From NCBI RefSeq assembly GCF_056712565.1, contig NZ_CM160072.1: 64,000 nt of DNA. One strand, given 5' to 3'. The notes below the pieces were generated by a model. It searched no databases, was not told the DNA's origin, and saw nothing but the letters and a program-made list of their open reading frames with translations. Shown piece after piece: positions 1-12,372 of the stretch (within the stretch, counting starts at the first letter, position 1; each line of letters begins with the position of its first letter). A program made the position numbers and the translations under genes.

Positions 1-196
1 CGCGCCAGGTATTGTTACCAAAGGCAACCACCGCACCAAGATGCGCGTCCGGGAATTTCGCTTCAAAAGTTGCCAGTTTGTCGGCAAATGTTTTACTGGC
101 CGCACGCAGGGCGTCAACTTCCCCTTTCACGTTGGCTTCGATCCAAATCGCCGCGCGGCAATGTTCTGGCAAAATGCCACTCTGAACCTGAGACAT
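1..196 (-). CDS. yfeX: Dyp-type peroxidase YfeX, N-terminal part only (gene continues beyond window start)
   Basis: Reverse-complement of 150..196 translates to '[27 protein letters not shown]', the YfeX N-terminus as I recall it; AGGAGG RBS 5' of the ATG at 194..196. Confidence 0.85.
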   Translation of the reverse strand, partial: MSQVQSGILPEHCRAAIWIEANVKGEVDALRAASKTFADKLATFEAKFPDAHLGAVVAFGNNTWR

Positions 197-291
197 TGTT
201 CCTCCTGAAAATAATAATGCCACGCAATCCGTGGCATTGTTGGGCGCTATTTTACGTGTTTTTTCGCGGCGGCGGTTTGTTCAGACGCAAA

Positions 292-867
292 TTAACGCCG
301 CCAGATAATTTTACTGACTTTCCAGTTTTTCAGGGTATCGTCCGAAGGCATTAACCCTTCAGGACCACTCCATTCCCCGCTGAACTGGTAGCTAATATGT
401 TGACTGCCTTCGGCTTTACATTCGACGGCACGATTATCATCACTGTCGGCCTTTTGGCAATTGCCAAATGCTTTGCTGTAAAGGTCACTAAACGGTGTAC
501 CGATTTTAACACCGGTGTCAGCAGGAATATCGCTATCCAGCACATCAATGCGGCTGATCGTGCCTTGATCACCGTTAATCACCATCGCCACGTTGTCGCC
601 TTTCATCACTTCAAAAAAGCGCACCACGTTGCCGTTCGCGGTTTTCATTCCGCTGCGCAGGCGATAATCGCCATCAAGCGCATCAGCAATGGCTTGTTCT
701 TGCAGTGGTGTGGACGCCGTTAATTCACCCACGCCCTGCTCGCTCACTTTGGTGGATGATCCAAACCAGTTCCACGGGTTAGCGGCCGACCAGTTAACTG
801 ACGACATCGTGGAACAGCCGGTCAGCATCAACGGCATAGCGCATAACATTAAACGCAGCGATTTCAT
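292..867 (-). CDS. yfeY: Lipoprotein YfeY (lipobox LTGC)
   Basis: 191-aa ORF 'MKSLRLMLCAMPLMLTGCST...' matches recalled YfeY; K-12 synteny. Confidence 0.9.
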   Translation of the reverse strand: MKSLRLMLCAMPLMLTGCSTMSSVNWSAANPWNWFGSSTKVSEQGVGELTASTPLQEQAIADALDGDYRLRSGMKTANGNVVRFFEVMKGDNVAMVINGDQGTISRIDVLDSDIPADTGVKIGTPFSDLYSKAFGNCQKADSDDNRAVECKAEGSQHISYQFSGEWSGPEGLMPSDDTLKNWKVSKIIWRR

Positions 868-927
868 GTCACTTCCTTTGGTTATTCAATAACGTTGCTT
901 GGAGTGCAAATTCACCAAAAAGTGCCG

Positions 928-1383
928 TTATTCTTTTTCTTCATTAAAACAAGCGCGTAAACGTCGATTGGTCAGCAGCCAGATTAACGCCACGATATCC
1001 GCCACTACCAGTGCCAGACCGATACCGCTAACGGATTCACCGTTCAGCCACAGCCACGGTTGCCAACAAAGTAAAACCACTTGCGCCAACAGCAACAGAA
1101 AATAGAGCACATGCCAGATACGGGGAAATGAAGCCCGCCGACCACTCAGCAAAAATGCCAGCACCGCCGGAATACCGGGAATCAACCCCAGCCAGAAATT
1201 ATCGTGATCGGGATAAAACAGATTTAGCAGCGCAGTACCCTGCTCGCGCGACGCTCCGGCAATGACAAACAGCACCCAGGTTCGCGCCTGAAGCAATAGC
1301 ACAAGCCAGAAGAGCAAGGGTAAACGCAGGCGACCGTGCGCATCATAATGGACAGGATAAAACTCAGTACTCTTCATCTTCAA
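928..1383 (-). CDS. yfeZ: Inner membrane protein YfeZ
   Basis: 151-aa hydrophobic ORF in the K-12 yfeZ position. Confidence 0.85.
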
Positions 1384-1789
1384 TCAAACGCTTACCCAGA
1401 CTCAGCACGTCGGCGTGTTCATATCCCAGGCGTTCATACATTCCGAGCACCATGTCGTTATCTTCCGGCACGTTGATCTGAATTTTCGGACAGCCGCGAG
1501 CAATCAGCTTTTTCTCCAACCGATTAAGCAACGCATTAGCAATCCCACGCCCACGAAACTCGGGATGCACGCCAAGATAATAAGCAGACCCGCGATGCCC
1601 GTCATAACCGCCCATCACCGTTCCGACCACTTCACCGTTCACCTCAGCGACCAGAAACAAACTGACGTCATGGTTCATCTTACGCTCGATGTCCATTTCC
1701 GGATCGTTCCACGGACGCAGCAAGTCGCAACGCTCCCAAAGGGTGATGACCTCTTCGAAATCTTCCTGGCGAAATACGCGTATCTCCAT
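1364..1789 (-). CDS. ypeA: GNAT acetyltransferase YpeA
   Basis: ORF track 1364..1900; start trimmed to the ATG giving '[14 protein letters not shown]...' (141 aa) as in recalled YpeA. Confidence 0.85.
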
Positions 1790-2002
1790 GGTATTCGTTA
1801 CCTTTTTGCGGGTTAAAAGGCTGATTATGGCGTGAACGGTCGAATTAGCCAATATCTGACGAAAATCGGTTGAAAAAGTGGCATAATGGGGAGTTGTCAA
1901 CTATTGAAATGAAAAGTAAAACAATTCTCAACAGCAAACCGTCGTAACGGATTACGCGATACGATATAACATCTGGAACTTTATTATTACAACTCAGGCC
2001 GT

Positions 2003-2872
2003 ATGAGCACTTTTAAACCACTAAAAACACTCACTTCGCGCCGCCAGGTGCTGAAAGCCGGTTTGGCTGCCCTGACGTTGTCAGGAATGTCGCAAGCCAT
2101 CGCCAAAGAAGAACCGTTAAAAACCAGTAACGGACACAGCAAGCCGAAAGCAAAAAAAAGCGGCGGCAGACGTGTCGTTGTTCTCGATCCAGGCCACGGC
2201 GGGATTGATACCGGAGCGATCGGACGCAACGGTTCGAAAGAAAAACATGTGGTGCTGGCAATTGCCAAGAATGTCCGTTCCATATTGCGTAATCATGGCA
2301 TTGATGCGCGTTTAACGCGTTCTGGCGATACGTTTATCCCACTGTACGATCGCGTTGAAATCGCCCATAAACACGGCGCAGACCTGTTTATGTCAATTCA
2401 CGCCGACGGTTTTACCAACCCGAAAGCTGCCGGTGCTTCGGTATTTGCCCTCTCTAACCGTGGGGCAAGTAGCGCAATGGCGAAATACCTGTCTGAACGC
2501 GAAAACCGCGCCGATGAAGTTGCCGGTAAAAAAGCGACTGACAAGGATCACCTATTGCAGCAAGTGCTGTTTGATCTGGTGCAAACCGATACTATTAAAA
2601 ACAGCCTGACGCTCGGCTCGCATATTCTGAAAAAGATTAAGCCGGTGCATAAACTGCACAGCCGCAATACCGAACAAGCCGCGTTTGTGGTGTTGAAATC
2701 GCCGTCGGTTCCGTCGGTGCTGGTGGAAACCTCGTTTATCACCAACCCGGAAGAAGAGCGGCTGTTAGGCACTGCAGCGTTTCGCCAGAAAATCGCCACA
2801 GCGATTGCCGAAGGCGTGATCAGTTATTTCCACTGGTTTGACAACCAGAAAGCACACTCGAGAAAGCGGTAA
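2003..2872 (+). CDS. amiA: N-acetylmuramoyl-L-alanine amidase AmiA (Tat signal)
   Basis: 289-aa ORF with 'SRRQVLKAGLAAL' Tat-type signal and amidase_3 features; synteny. Confidence 0.95.
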   Translation: MSTFKPLKTLTSRRQVLKAGLAALTLSGMSQAIAKEEPLKTSNGHSKPKAKKSGGRRVVVLDPGHGGIDTGAIGRNGSKEKHVVLAIAKNVRSILRNHGIDARLTRSGDTFIPLYDRVEIAHKHGADLFMSIHADGFTNPKAAGASVFALSNRGASSAMAKYLSERENRADEVAGKKATDKDHLLQQVLFDLVQTDTIKNSLTLGSHILKKIKPVHKLHSRNTEQAAFVVLKSPSVPSVLVETSFITNPEEERLLGTAAFRQKIATAIAEGVISYFHWFDNQKAHSRKR

Positions 2873-3775
<903 letters not shown>

Positions 3776-3780
3776 CTCCC

Positions 3781-4833
3781 TCACCCCCACTCTCGCATCC
3801 GCTGATGCAGCGTCAGTGACGGCTTCTCGGCAAACAGTTGCTGATAATCCGTGGCAAATTGCCCAAGATGCCAGAATCCCCACTGCATGGCGGCGTCTTT
3901 TACCGTTGTGCTTTGTGACCACGGACTTATGAGTTCGCGGCGCACGGCGTTCAGGCGAATACGTTTCAGCCACGCGTTCGGACCAATGCCCAAAATGGCG
4001 TGAAACGCGTTTTGTAGCGTGCGGCGGCTGACATGCAGTTGATTACACAAGTCCAGCACCGTCACCGGTTCGGACATGTTTTCCAGCACATATTCACGGG
4101 CGCGGGAAAGCAATCGACGGTAACTCTGATGACTGATGCTTTCCGCCGTCACCATTGGCTGCGCTTCTTCCAGCATCGCCCCCATCGCCATTAGCAAATT
4201 ATCCCCCAGCACTTTTCGCACTGCAGGCTGATGGAGATTTTCCGGGTTTTCGCAAAACGTCGCCAGCGCCTGTTGGACAAAGCCCCACAGAGCGGCTTTA
4301 TGCTGCTCTTTCACTTCCAGCGCCGACTGGCTACGCAGCATATGTAATACCCGATCCGGATTATGCAAAAAGTTAGCCTGACGAGTGATGACATCTTCAG
4401 AAAGCACTACGCCAAGGATCGTGTAATCGTCCGGCGTACTTAATTCAAACTCGGTTCCACCAGGGCGCGTCGCAATTTCTGCGCTTCCCAGACATTGCGA
4501 ACCGATAAATCCCTGCTCACCGCGCGTCGCCGGAATGCCAAACCAGAACGAGTTCGGCCAGACCAGGCACGACTGACGCAGCGCCAGACCAGTGTATTCA
4601 CGAAAAACCTGAATATCATCGAGTAGAATTTCCGTAAATTCACCATGAAACTTGCCCGGATGCAGTTGATCGTAAATCTGCTGCCAGGCGGTAATTGTCA
4701 AAGCATGTTCATAGACGTCCGTTGTCTGTCGTTGATGAACATTATCCACTTCGACCTTCGGCGTGAGCTTCAGGTTTTCGGGTAAGGGTTCATGATAAAG
4801 ATGGTGCAAATTGGCTGTACGGGTCTTTTTCAT
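3781..4833 (-). CDS. eutR: AraC-family transcriptional activator of the eut operon, EutR
   Basis: 350-aa ORF '[23 protein letters not shown]...' matches recalled EutR; last gene of eut cluster. Confidence 0.95.
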   Translation of the reverse strand: MKKTRTANLHHLYHEPLPENLKLTPKVEVDNVHQRQTTDVYEHALTITAWQQIYDQLHPGKFHGEFTEILLDDIQVFREYTGLALRQSCLVWPNSFWFGIPATRGEQGFIGSQCLGSAEIATRPGGTEFELSTPDDYTILGVVLSEDVITRQANFLHNPDRVLHMLRSQSALEVKEQHKAALWGFVQQALATFCENPENLHQPAVRKVLGDNLLMAMGAMLEEAQPMVTAESISHQSYRRLLSRAREYVLENMSEPVTVLDLCNQLHVSRRTLQNAFHAILGIGPNAWLKRIRLNAVRRELISPWSQSTTVKDAAMQWGFWHLGQFATDYQQLFAEKPSLTLHQRMREWG

Positions 4834-4878
4834 GATGTTAATGCCGGGTGTTGTAGGACACCCGGCACCTCCGACAGG

Positions 4879-5379
4879 TTAATGGGGCTTGAGACGGTAA
4901 CGACTACTGCGTTTACGTAACGTCCCGGCAGAAAAGAGCTGTTCGAGCGCATTTCTGGCTTTTTCCAGCGGCCAGCCAAAGTGGGCAGCCACTTCTCCTG
5001 CCGTCATTCCCTGACGTACTGATGTTAACAGCGCCAACAACTCGTCAGCAGATTCCGCGACGATAACTGGCGCGTCGGGTTCCTTTACGGGTTGCTTCGG
5101 CTGGCGGTTAAAGCCAGTAACCAGCCACTGGGTGTCATCGTCTGGCCGACCGATCTCCTTACGGCTGATGACACGCCCGGTACGCATCGCGGCAGCACAA
5201 CCTGCGTCCAGCGCCGCACGACACGCCGCCAGATCGCCTTCCACCACCAGCGTTAGGCGACCAGGGTCAAGCACTTCGTGACTGAGCAGACGAACGTTAG
5301 CTGCTTTGAGCATGGCATCAGCTGCATCTATCGCGGCGACCATGCCGTCCACTTCCAGCAATCCCAGTGCATTGATCAT
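4879..5379 (-). CDS. eutK: Bacterial microcompartment shell protein EutK
   Basis: ORF 4879..5385; recalled EutK starts 'MINALGLLEVDG' (166 aa); BMC domain plus C-terminal helix-turn-helix-like tail. Confidence 0.9.
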   Translation of the reverse strand: MINALGLLEVDGMVAAIDAADAMLKAANVRLLSHEVLDPGRLTLVVEGDLAACRAALDAGCAAAMRTGRVISRKEIGRPDDDTQWLVTGFNRQPKQPVKEPDAPVIVAESADELLALLTSVRQGMTAGEVAAHFGWPLEKARNALEQLFSAGTLRKRSSRYRLKPH

Positions 5380-5391
5380 CGGCAACCTCCG

Positions 5392-6051
5392 TTACGCACG
5401 CTGGATTGGATTACGCGCGATTTCCAGCACTGCATCGGTAAAGGCGTTACAGGCTGCTTTACACGCGGCCTGGCTACCGGTTAAAAATGCTGCCGAGTAG
5501 TTGGTTTCAGACGGTGGCGGGACATAGGTCACCAACTGCACGTCGGCAGATTTCAACGCTGCATCAATGCCGTAGGTCGCTTCCAGCGGCGGTGCCACCA
5601 GATACGCCATCGGATCGCCAAGCGTGATCCCGGCGGTTGATGAGAGATAAGAACCGGTACGCGAAACTACATGTGCCAGGAAGGCTGTGTTTTCTGCGTC
5701 GTTTGCCCACTGGAAAGCAGCGCCATTTTCAATATTCGCAACCATCGCATCCAGACCAGCACGCACTTCCGCCGGGTTTGGTCCACCAAGCATAATCAGC
5801 ACCTCACCGGCAGTCGGTGACGGGCCGTGTGCAGCGCCCGCATACAGCGAGCGACCATATACCACTTCGACCATCGCCTGCTTGGTCGCTTCGTCAGCCG
5901 CAATGTAGGTGACGTCATCTGAATCAGCAGAAATCAGCCCGAGGCTACGAATATGCGGCGGCAATTTCAGTTCACGTGCAAATTCGGCGTTAACGGAGGC
6001 AATCACCCGCATGGCGGTTACCGACGGTCGAATCAAATCTAAAGCTGGCAT
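5392..6051 (-). CDS. eutL: Microcompartment shell protein EutL
   Basis: 219-aa ORF matches recalled EutL. Confidence 0.95.
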   Translation of the reverse strand: MPALDLIRPSVTAMRVIASVNAEFARELKLPPHIRSLGLISADSDDVTYIAADEATKQAMVEVVYGRSLYAGAAHGPSPTAGEVLIMLGGPNPAEVRAGLDAMVANIENGAAFQWANDAENTAFLAHVVSRTGSYLSSTAGITLGDPMAYLVAPPLEATYGIDAALKSADVQLVTYVPPPSETNYSAAFLTGSQAACKAACNAFTDAVLEIARNPIQRA

Positions 6052-6060
6052 GATGCCTCC

Positions 6061-6948
6061 TTATCGGGTCATGTTGATGCCGGATGCTTTCTGCTCCAGC
6101 ATACGTTTCGCCAAATCCACAATGACGGCTGCGGCTTCAACCGGCGGCGTGCCGCCCTGGTGAATATTAGATATACAGGTGCGATCGGCCTCAACGGTGG
6201 TCGCCATACGCGGCGAGTAAACGGCGTAGCAGGAGAGGCTTTCTGACTGCCCCAACCCCGGACGTTCGCCCACCAGCAGGATCACTACTTTCGCGCCTAG
6301 GATCTCACCGATCTGATCTTCAATCTTCACGCGACCATAACGTACAAAGAATGGCGTACCGACTTTCAGCCCGGCTTGCTTCAGGCCCGCCATCAGCGGC
6401 GGCAGGATCTCTTCGTAGTTCACGGTGATCGCATCAGTTGACAGGCCATCAGAAATAACGACCTGCACGTCCGGATTAGCAACACACTGTGCTTTCAGCG
6501 CTTCAACAGCTTCTGCACACAGGCGGCGGCCCATATCCGGACGAGTCAGGTAGAGATTTTTGTCGCTGATTTCGGAGCGGACTTCCAGCAAGCCCTGCGC
6601 TTTCACCCACTCTTCCGGTACTTCTTTCAGAACGGTATCTTTCGAACGAGAGTGATCGGCCAGGAAACGCAGCAACGCCTGGGTGCGCGGACGCGGACCG
6701 GCACGACCGGTACAAACGCGGGCCACGGTGCTGCGACGCAGTTCTGTTAATACGTCTGCGCGATGCGGGTTTTCAACACCAATCCACGCTTTTGCTTCCG
6801 CAGAACCTAAATCCAGCGCGCAGCTTTCCGAGGTCACCGGTGCCGCACAGTTGGTGGTGGCGCACTTTGCTTCTGACGGCGCGGGGGCCGCTTGTCCCAT
6901 TGACGCCATCACGCTGCGTACAATTTCTTCAATCTGTTTTTGATCCAT
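6061..6948 (-). CDS. eutC: Ethanolamine ammonia-lyase small subunit EutC
   Basis: 295-aa ORF matches recalled EutC. Confidence 0.95.
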
Positions 6949-6968
6949 GATGTGTTATCTCCGCGTCA

Positions 6969-8330
6969 TCAGAAGAACAGTGACGGATCGCCCGCCCGTT
7001 TGGTCAGGCGACCGTTTGCCATAATGCCCATGCTTTCCAGCCAGCGTTCAAACTCCGGTGACGGGCGCAGGTTGAGTAACTGACGCACAGTGGCTGTGTC
7101 GTGGAATGCGGTGGTCTGATAGTTGAGCATGATGTCATCGCCCAGCGGCATCCCCATGATGTAGTTGCAGCCTGCGGTGGCGAGCAGGATCATCAGGTTT
7201 TCGTTGAGGTTCTGGTCAGCGTCAGCGTGGTTGGTGTAGCAGCAGTCACAGCCCATAGAGATGCCGCTCAGCTTACCCATAAAGTGATCTTCTAAGCCTG
7301 CGCGGATAATCTGGCGGTCGTTGTAGAGATACTCCGGCCCAATAAAACCGACCACGGTGTTGACGATAAACGGATCGTAATGACGCGCCAGCCCATAGTT
7401 ACGCGCTTCCATCGTCACCTGGTCTGCGCCGAAGTTAGCGCCAGCGGATAGCGCCGAGCCTTGTCCGGTTTCGAAGTAGAGACAGTTTTCCCCGGCGATA
7501 CGGTTGAACTCCGCGCCCACTGCGCGTGCTTCAGCGAGCATCGCCAGCTCTACGCCAAACTCTTTCAGCCCTTTTTCGCTGCCGCAGATACTCTGGAAAA
7601 TCAGCCCGCCTGGTGCGCCACGACGGATCGCTTCGATCTGGGTGGTGACGTGCGCCAGTACGCAGCCCTGAGTTGGGATGTTGAATTTGTCGATCACGCC
7701 ATAGATGGTATCCAACACGCGGCTTAAGTTTTCCACGTCGTCAGTCACCGGGTTAACGCCGATCACCGCATCGCCCACCCCGAAGGAAAGCCCTTCGTAG
7801 ATTTGCGCGGCGATACTTTGCACGTCGTCACGGGTATCATTCGGCTGCAAACGGGCGCTAAAGGTGCCCGGAATACCAATGGTGGTATTGGCCTTTTTGA
7901 TCACCGGCATTTTCTTCGCGCCGTAGATCAGGTCCGCGTTGGAGCAAATCTTCGCTACCGCCGCCACCACTTCCGAGGTCAGCCCTTTGCGGGTAAAGGC
8001 AATGTCGTCCACGCTGGTTTCATCGCTCAGCACATACTCACGCAGTTCGCTGATGCTCCAGTTTTTAATCTGGTTGTAGGCCGTTTCGTTAACGTCGTCC
8101 TGAATCAGCCGCGTCACGCAGTCATCTTCATAGGCAATCACCGGATTATTGCGGATGTCCGCTACGGTCATTTCCGACAACACCTGCTTTGCCGCCACGC
8201 GCTCCTGTGAGCTTGCCGCAGCAACGCCCGCCAGCACATCCCCCGAACGCAGTTCGTTGGCTTTAGCCAGCACCTCTTTTACATCCTTAAACTGATATAC
8301 ATTGCCGAACAATGTGGTCTTTAGTTTCAT
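6969..8330 (-). CDS. eutB: Ethanolamine ammonia-lyase large subunit EutB
   Basis: 453-aa ORF 'MKLKTTLFGNVYQFKDVKEVL...' matches recalled EutB. Confidence 0.97.
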   Translation of the reverse strand: MKLKTTLFGNVYQFKDVKEVLAKANELRSGDVLAGVAAASSQERVAAKQVLSEMTVADIRNNPVIAYEDDCVTRLIQDDVNETAYNQIKNWSISELREYVLSDETSVDDIAFTRKGLTSEVVAAVAKICSNADLIYGAKKMPVIKKANTTIGIPGTFSARLQPNDTRDDVQSIAAQIYEGLSFGVGDAVIGVNPVTDDVENLSRVLDTIYGVIDKFNIPTQGCVLAHVTTQIEAIRRGAPGGLIFQSICGSEKGLKEFGVELAMLAEARAVGAEFNRIAGENCLYFETGQGSALSAGANFGADQVTMEARNYGLARHYDPFIVNTVVGFIGPEYLYNDRQIIRAGLEDHFMGKLSGISMGCDCCYTNHADADQNLNENLMILLATAGCNYIMGMPLGDDIMLNYQTTAFHDTATVRQLLNLRPSPEFERWLESMGIMANGRLTKRAGDPSLFF

Positions 8331-8341
8331 AAGTCGTTCCC

Positions 8342-9745
8342 TCAGGAAGGAAATGCGAGTGATTTCACCGTCACCGGCACAACCGATCCGCCAAAAAGAG
8401 GCGTACCAATGTCGATATAGTCCCCCGCGCGGACAATCACTTCGTCAATGACTGCCAACGGGAGTTGTTGTAGCTGTGGGCGCAACAACATGCCCAGAGC
8501 TTTACCAAAGTCCTGCCCGGCCACCACCAGCAGGGGATGCGGATTCGGAAAACGCGCGACGAAATCGACCAGCGCGTTGATGACCGTCAGTACCGCGGCG
8601 TAACGCACAGGCAGCGAGGCGGGAAGCGCCAGCACATACGCGTCAGTTTTGGGGCAAAGATCCAGTTGAATCAGCGCCTGTTGCCAGGCACTGACCAGAT
8701 CCGTTTCATCAATCGGGATCGCCACCGGCAAATTGCGCAGCGGCAGTTGTACGCCCTCCAGCCAGATTGTGCTGCCAGAGAGCGAAAGGGTATGAGCACC
8801 CGCGCCAATCACCGTGGCGCGCACGGTTTGCGCCGGAAACTGCACGTTCATCTCACGCAGACGCGGATGGTCATGCAGCGCCGTTGCCAGAAGCGGGCCT
8901 ATATCGGCAAAACAGAACGGGTCGGCGGGCTGGTGGCGATAACATTCGCCCACGCCGCCAGAAAGCGTAATGATTTCGGGCGTAACACCTGCGGGCAGCA
9001 AACCGGTTTGCATCAATGCCTGCGCGAGCGGCGAGAGCGTTCCGTCAATCACTTCGACAATCAGCTCTGCCATCCGGCGAGTAACCTGCACCAGCTGCGC
9101 GCCGGTCAGCGAACGGGCGTCAGTACCGGCACCGAAGCACTCATCCACAATCATCTGCCCCGGTTTATGAGCGTAAACCACGCGCCCCTGGCTGTCGGTT
9201 TCCAGCAGGCGACCGCCGACGTTGAGGCAGGCAGTGCCGCTGATTTTTCCGGCATCGAACAGGGCGTAGTTCGCGGTGCCACCCCCGATATCGATATTCA
9301 GGACCCGACACAGCCGTTGTTCAGAAAGGGTTTGCGCCCCGGCACCGTGTCCGGCGATCACGGATTCAAGATGCGGCCCGGCGCTGGCGACGACAAAATC
9401 GCCCAGCGACCGGGAGAGCGCCATCACCGCCGGGCGAGCGTTGCGGGTTTTTGCGCTTTCACCGGTGATAATGATGGCACCAGAATCAACGCTTTCCGGC
9501 GCAATGCCCGCAGCCTGATATTGCTCGAGGATTAAGGTTTTCAGTTCCGCTTCTTTTAAACCACCCTGTTTATCGACAGGGGTAAAAAACACCGGGCTTT
9601 GCCAGCTAATTTCGCGTTTGATGAATTCGTAGCGCGGCACCTGCGACACCGCCGCACGGTTAACCAGCTCCAGGTGGGAGAAGATCACCTGGGTGGTGGT
9701 GGTGCCGATATCGATACCGACGCTCAGTAGCTGGCGAGTGTTCAC
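8342..9745 (-). CDS. eutA: Ethanolamine ammonia-lyase reactivase EutA
   Basis: 467-aa ORF matches recalled EutA; lies 11 bp from eutB. Confidence 0.95.
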   Translation of the reverse strand: MNTRQLLSVGIDIGTTTTQVIFSHLELVNRAAVSQVPRYEFIKREISWQSPVFFTPVDKQGGLKEAELKTLILEQYQAAGIAPESVDSGAIIITGESAKTRNARPAVMALSRSLGDFVVASAGPHLESVIAGHGAGAQTLSEQRLCRVLNIDIGGGTANYALFDAGKISGTACLNVGGRLLETDSQGRVVYAHKPGQMIVDECFGAGTDARSLTGAQLVQVTRRMAELIVEVIDGTLSPLAQALMQTGLLPAGVTPEIITLSGGVGECYRHQPADPFCFADIGPLLATALHDHPRLREMNVQFPAQTVRATVIGAGAHTLSLSGSTIWLEGVQLPLRNLPVAIPIDETDLVSAWQQALIQLDLCPKTDAYVLALPASLPVRYAAVLTVINALVDFVARFPNPHPLLVVAGQDFGKALGMLLRPQLQQLPLAVIDEVIVRAGDYIDIGTPLFGGSVVPVTVKSLAFPS

Positions 9746-10968
9746 GATTGCGCCTCCGCTTCAGTTTTAGCCGCGGTCGCGTCTTCTTTTGGCACCAGCA
9801 TCATCGCCACGCCAATTGCCGTTACGCCGCCGATCAATTTGCCGACAATCATCGGGAAGATCATGGCGTTCATGTTGGCAGCGGCGAAGCCTAAATGGTC
9901 GCCCAGGGCGAAAGCAGCGGAAACGGCGAAGGCGCAGTTGATGACTTTGCCGCGGGTATCCATCTGCTTCATCATGCCAAACATCGGAATGTTGTTGGCA
10001 AGCGTTGCCACCATGCCGGCTGCCGCGATATTGTTCATATTCAGCACGTTACCGACACTCATCAGCGGTTTTTCAAACCAGCGAGTCAGCAGCAGTACCA
10101 TCGGATACGCCCCTAACAGAACGCAGGAGATCGAGCCGATAACTTCAATGGCGCGCATCACTTCACCGGGTTTATCGCCAGGGGCCATAAAGATAGGATC
10201 AAGACCCGGGATCAGTTCCCAGCCAAGGAGGAATTTCACTACCGCAGCGGCAAGACCGAGGGTGATCAATGCAACGAGGAATTTGGCGAAGATCTGGAAG
10301 CCGTTGATCATTTTTTCCGGGATGAATTTCAGTCCCAGCGCCACCAGCACCGCAACGATAAGTACCGGGATCATGTTCATCAGGATCAGCGCAAAGGTGA
10401 ATTCAACAGGCTGGCCGTTGATCTGCACACCGGAGTACATCGCTACCAGACCACCAGCGATACAGCCAATCGGAATGGTCACTATGCCCGCCAGCACGCC
10501 GAGCGCCAGATAACGACGGTCAGAAGGTTCGATAATGCCGAGCGCCACTGGAATGGAAAACACAATCGTTGGCCCCATCATCGACCCGAGAATTAACCCA
10601 GAGTATAGCCACGCTGCTACGTCACCGCCCGCCAGCTCTTTGGCGAGGAAGAAGCCGCCCATATCGCACGCCAGCAGTGTTCCGGCGAACATTGACGGGT
10701 TTGCGCCGAGCATTTCGTAAACCGGGATAATCACCGGTCCGAGAACGTGGGCCAGTACCGGTGCCAGTGCGGTCATACCGACCATCGCCAGGCCCAGAGC
10801 GCCCATTGCCATAAAGCCTTCTTCGAACTGACCGCCGGATCCTTCGATACTTTTACCGAACTTACCGAGGAAACGAGCAGAACCGCCGAACTGCGACAGG
10901 ATCCTGTCTACGGCAGCTATCAGCATAAAGAACATCATGATGTACATGATGATTTCGTTAATTCCCAT
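9742..10968 (-). CDS. eutH: Ethanolamine permease EutH
   Basis: 408-aa polytopic membrane ORF matches recalled EutH; 4-nt overlap with eutA. Confidence 0.95.
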   Translation of the reverse strand: MGINEIIMYIMMFFMLIAAVDRILSQFGGSARFLGKFGKSIEGSGGQFEEGFMAMGALGLAMVGMTALAPVLAHVLGPVIIPVYEMLGANPSMFAGTLLACDMGGFFLAKELAGGDVAAWLYSGLILGSMMGPTIVFSIPVALGIIEPSDRRYLALGVLAGIVTIPIGCIAGGLVAMYSGVQINGQPVEFTFALILMNMIPVLIVAVLVALGLKFIPEKMINGFQIFAKFLVALITLGLAAAVVKFLLGWELIPGLDPIFMAPGDKPGEVMRAIEVIGSISCVLLGAYPMVLLLTRWFEKPLMSVGNVLNMNNIAAAGMVATLANNIPMFGMMKQMDTRGKVINCAFAVSAAFALGDHLGFAAANMNAMIFPMIVGKLIGGVTAIGVAMMLVPKEDATAAKTEAEAQS

Positions 10969-10998
10969 CGCCTTTACTCCCTGTTAGTTGTTATTTAT

Positions 10999-11184
<186 letters not shown>

Positions 11185-12372
11185 TTATTGCGCCGCTGCG
11201 TACAGGCCGACAATCTGCTCCAGGCTGGCGGTACGCGGGTTACTGCGCAGACAAATATCTTCCAGCGCGGCCTGCGCCCATGCGCCGTAATGCGCAGATG
11301 TCGCACCAACATCGCCCAGTCGTTTACCAATCCCAACTTCAGCAATCAGCTCACTTACCGCGTTAATAGCGTCACGATCGTCGGATTTTTTAGTTCGCAG
11401 CGCCCGACCAATCTGACTAAACCGATCACGACAAACCATCCGGTTAAATTCCATCACCGTTGGCAACAACATGGCGTTCGCCAGACCGTGCGGAATATGC
11501 AGCGCCGCCCCTGGCTGATGCGCCATCGCGTGGCATAACCCAAGCCCGGCGCTGGAAAACGCCATTCCCGCCATACATGAAGCCAGCAACATGCTCTCGC
11601 GCGCGGCAAGGTCATGGCCGTAGCCCACCGCTTTCGGCAGTGATTTGCCAATCATCGCAATGGCACCAATCGCCAGGCTGTCGGTAAACGGTGTAGCGTT
11701 CAGCGCGCTGTACGCTTCAATGGCATGGGTTAACGCATCAATGCCAGTCATCGCCGTGACATGCGACGGCACGCCTTCGGTCAGCGCAGCGTCGAGAATC
11801 GCCACATCCGGCATCAGCGAGGCATGGGCTAACACCTGTTTGCGCCCGCTTACCGCATCGATAATCACCGTCACGTTAGTCGTTTCAGAGCCGGTTCCGG
11901 CGGTCGTTGGAATGGCAATCAACGGCAGGCGCGGTTGCAGGACGCTGGTTTCTGACATTTCTGCCAGCGTGCTATCGGGGTTCGTCACCAGCAACGCAAC
12001 GGCTTTCGCCGCATCCAGCACCGAGCCGCCGCCAAACGCGATCACCCCGTCACAACCTGATTCACGCAACTGCGCCACGGCTGCACACACGTCGGTGATG
12101 CACGGTTCGCCCACCGGACATGGCCAGAGCGTCATGGCGATACCTTTAACGGCCAGGCTACGTGTCAGCCCGGCGGTCATCCCTGCCTGATGCAAAAAGC
12201 TGTCTGCCATCACGAACAGATGTTTCAACCCACGCGTTTGCGCTTGCTGCCCGCAACTGCTCACCGCGCCCGGACCGCAAAGCGTCACCGGTGGAACGCT
12301 AAATGTTTTTACCCGTTGCAGATTCAGGGTATCGAACGCCTGAAAAAGCGCCGTTTGCAATTCACTTTGCAT
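11185..12372 (-). CDS. eutG: Iron-containing alcohol dehydrogenase EutG
   Basis: ORF 11185..12399; recalled EutG starts 'MQNELQTALFQAF' (here MQSELQ..), 395 aa. Confidence 0.9.
   Translation of the reverse strand: MQSELQTALFQAFDTLNLQRVKTFSVPPVTLCGPGAVSSCGQQAQTRGLKHLFVMADSFLHQAGMTAGLTRSLAVKGIAMTLWPCPVGEPCITDVCAAVAQLRESGCDGVIAFGGGSVLDAAKAVALLVTNPDSTLAEMSETSVLQPRLPLIAIPTTAGTGSETTNVTVIIDAVSGRKQVLAHASLMPDVAILDAALTEGVPSHVTAMTGIDALTHAIEAYSALNATPFTDSLAIGAIAMIGKSLPKAVGYGHDLAARESMLLASCMAGMAFSSAGLGLCHAMAHQPGAALHIPHGLANAMLLPTVMEFNRMVCRDRFSQIGRALRTKKSDDRDAINAVSELIAEVGIGKRLGDVGATSAHYGAWAQAALEDICLRSNPRTASLEQIVGLYAAAQ

Noticed and set aside
4843-4866. Hairpin GCCGGGTGT-tgtagg-ACACCCGGC between eutK and eutR as operon terminator
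   Set aside because: eutR lies downstream in the same orientation and no U-tract follows on either strand; more likely an intra-operon structure than a terminator.
8537-9535. 332-aa plus-strand ORF antisense to eutA (and similar long antisense ORFs at 19232..20146, 22251..23876, 27484..28392)
   Set aside because: They lie entirely inside well-supported genes on the opposite strand and have Arg/His-rich low-complexity composition typical of shadow ORFs; no RBS or homology recognised.
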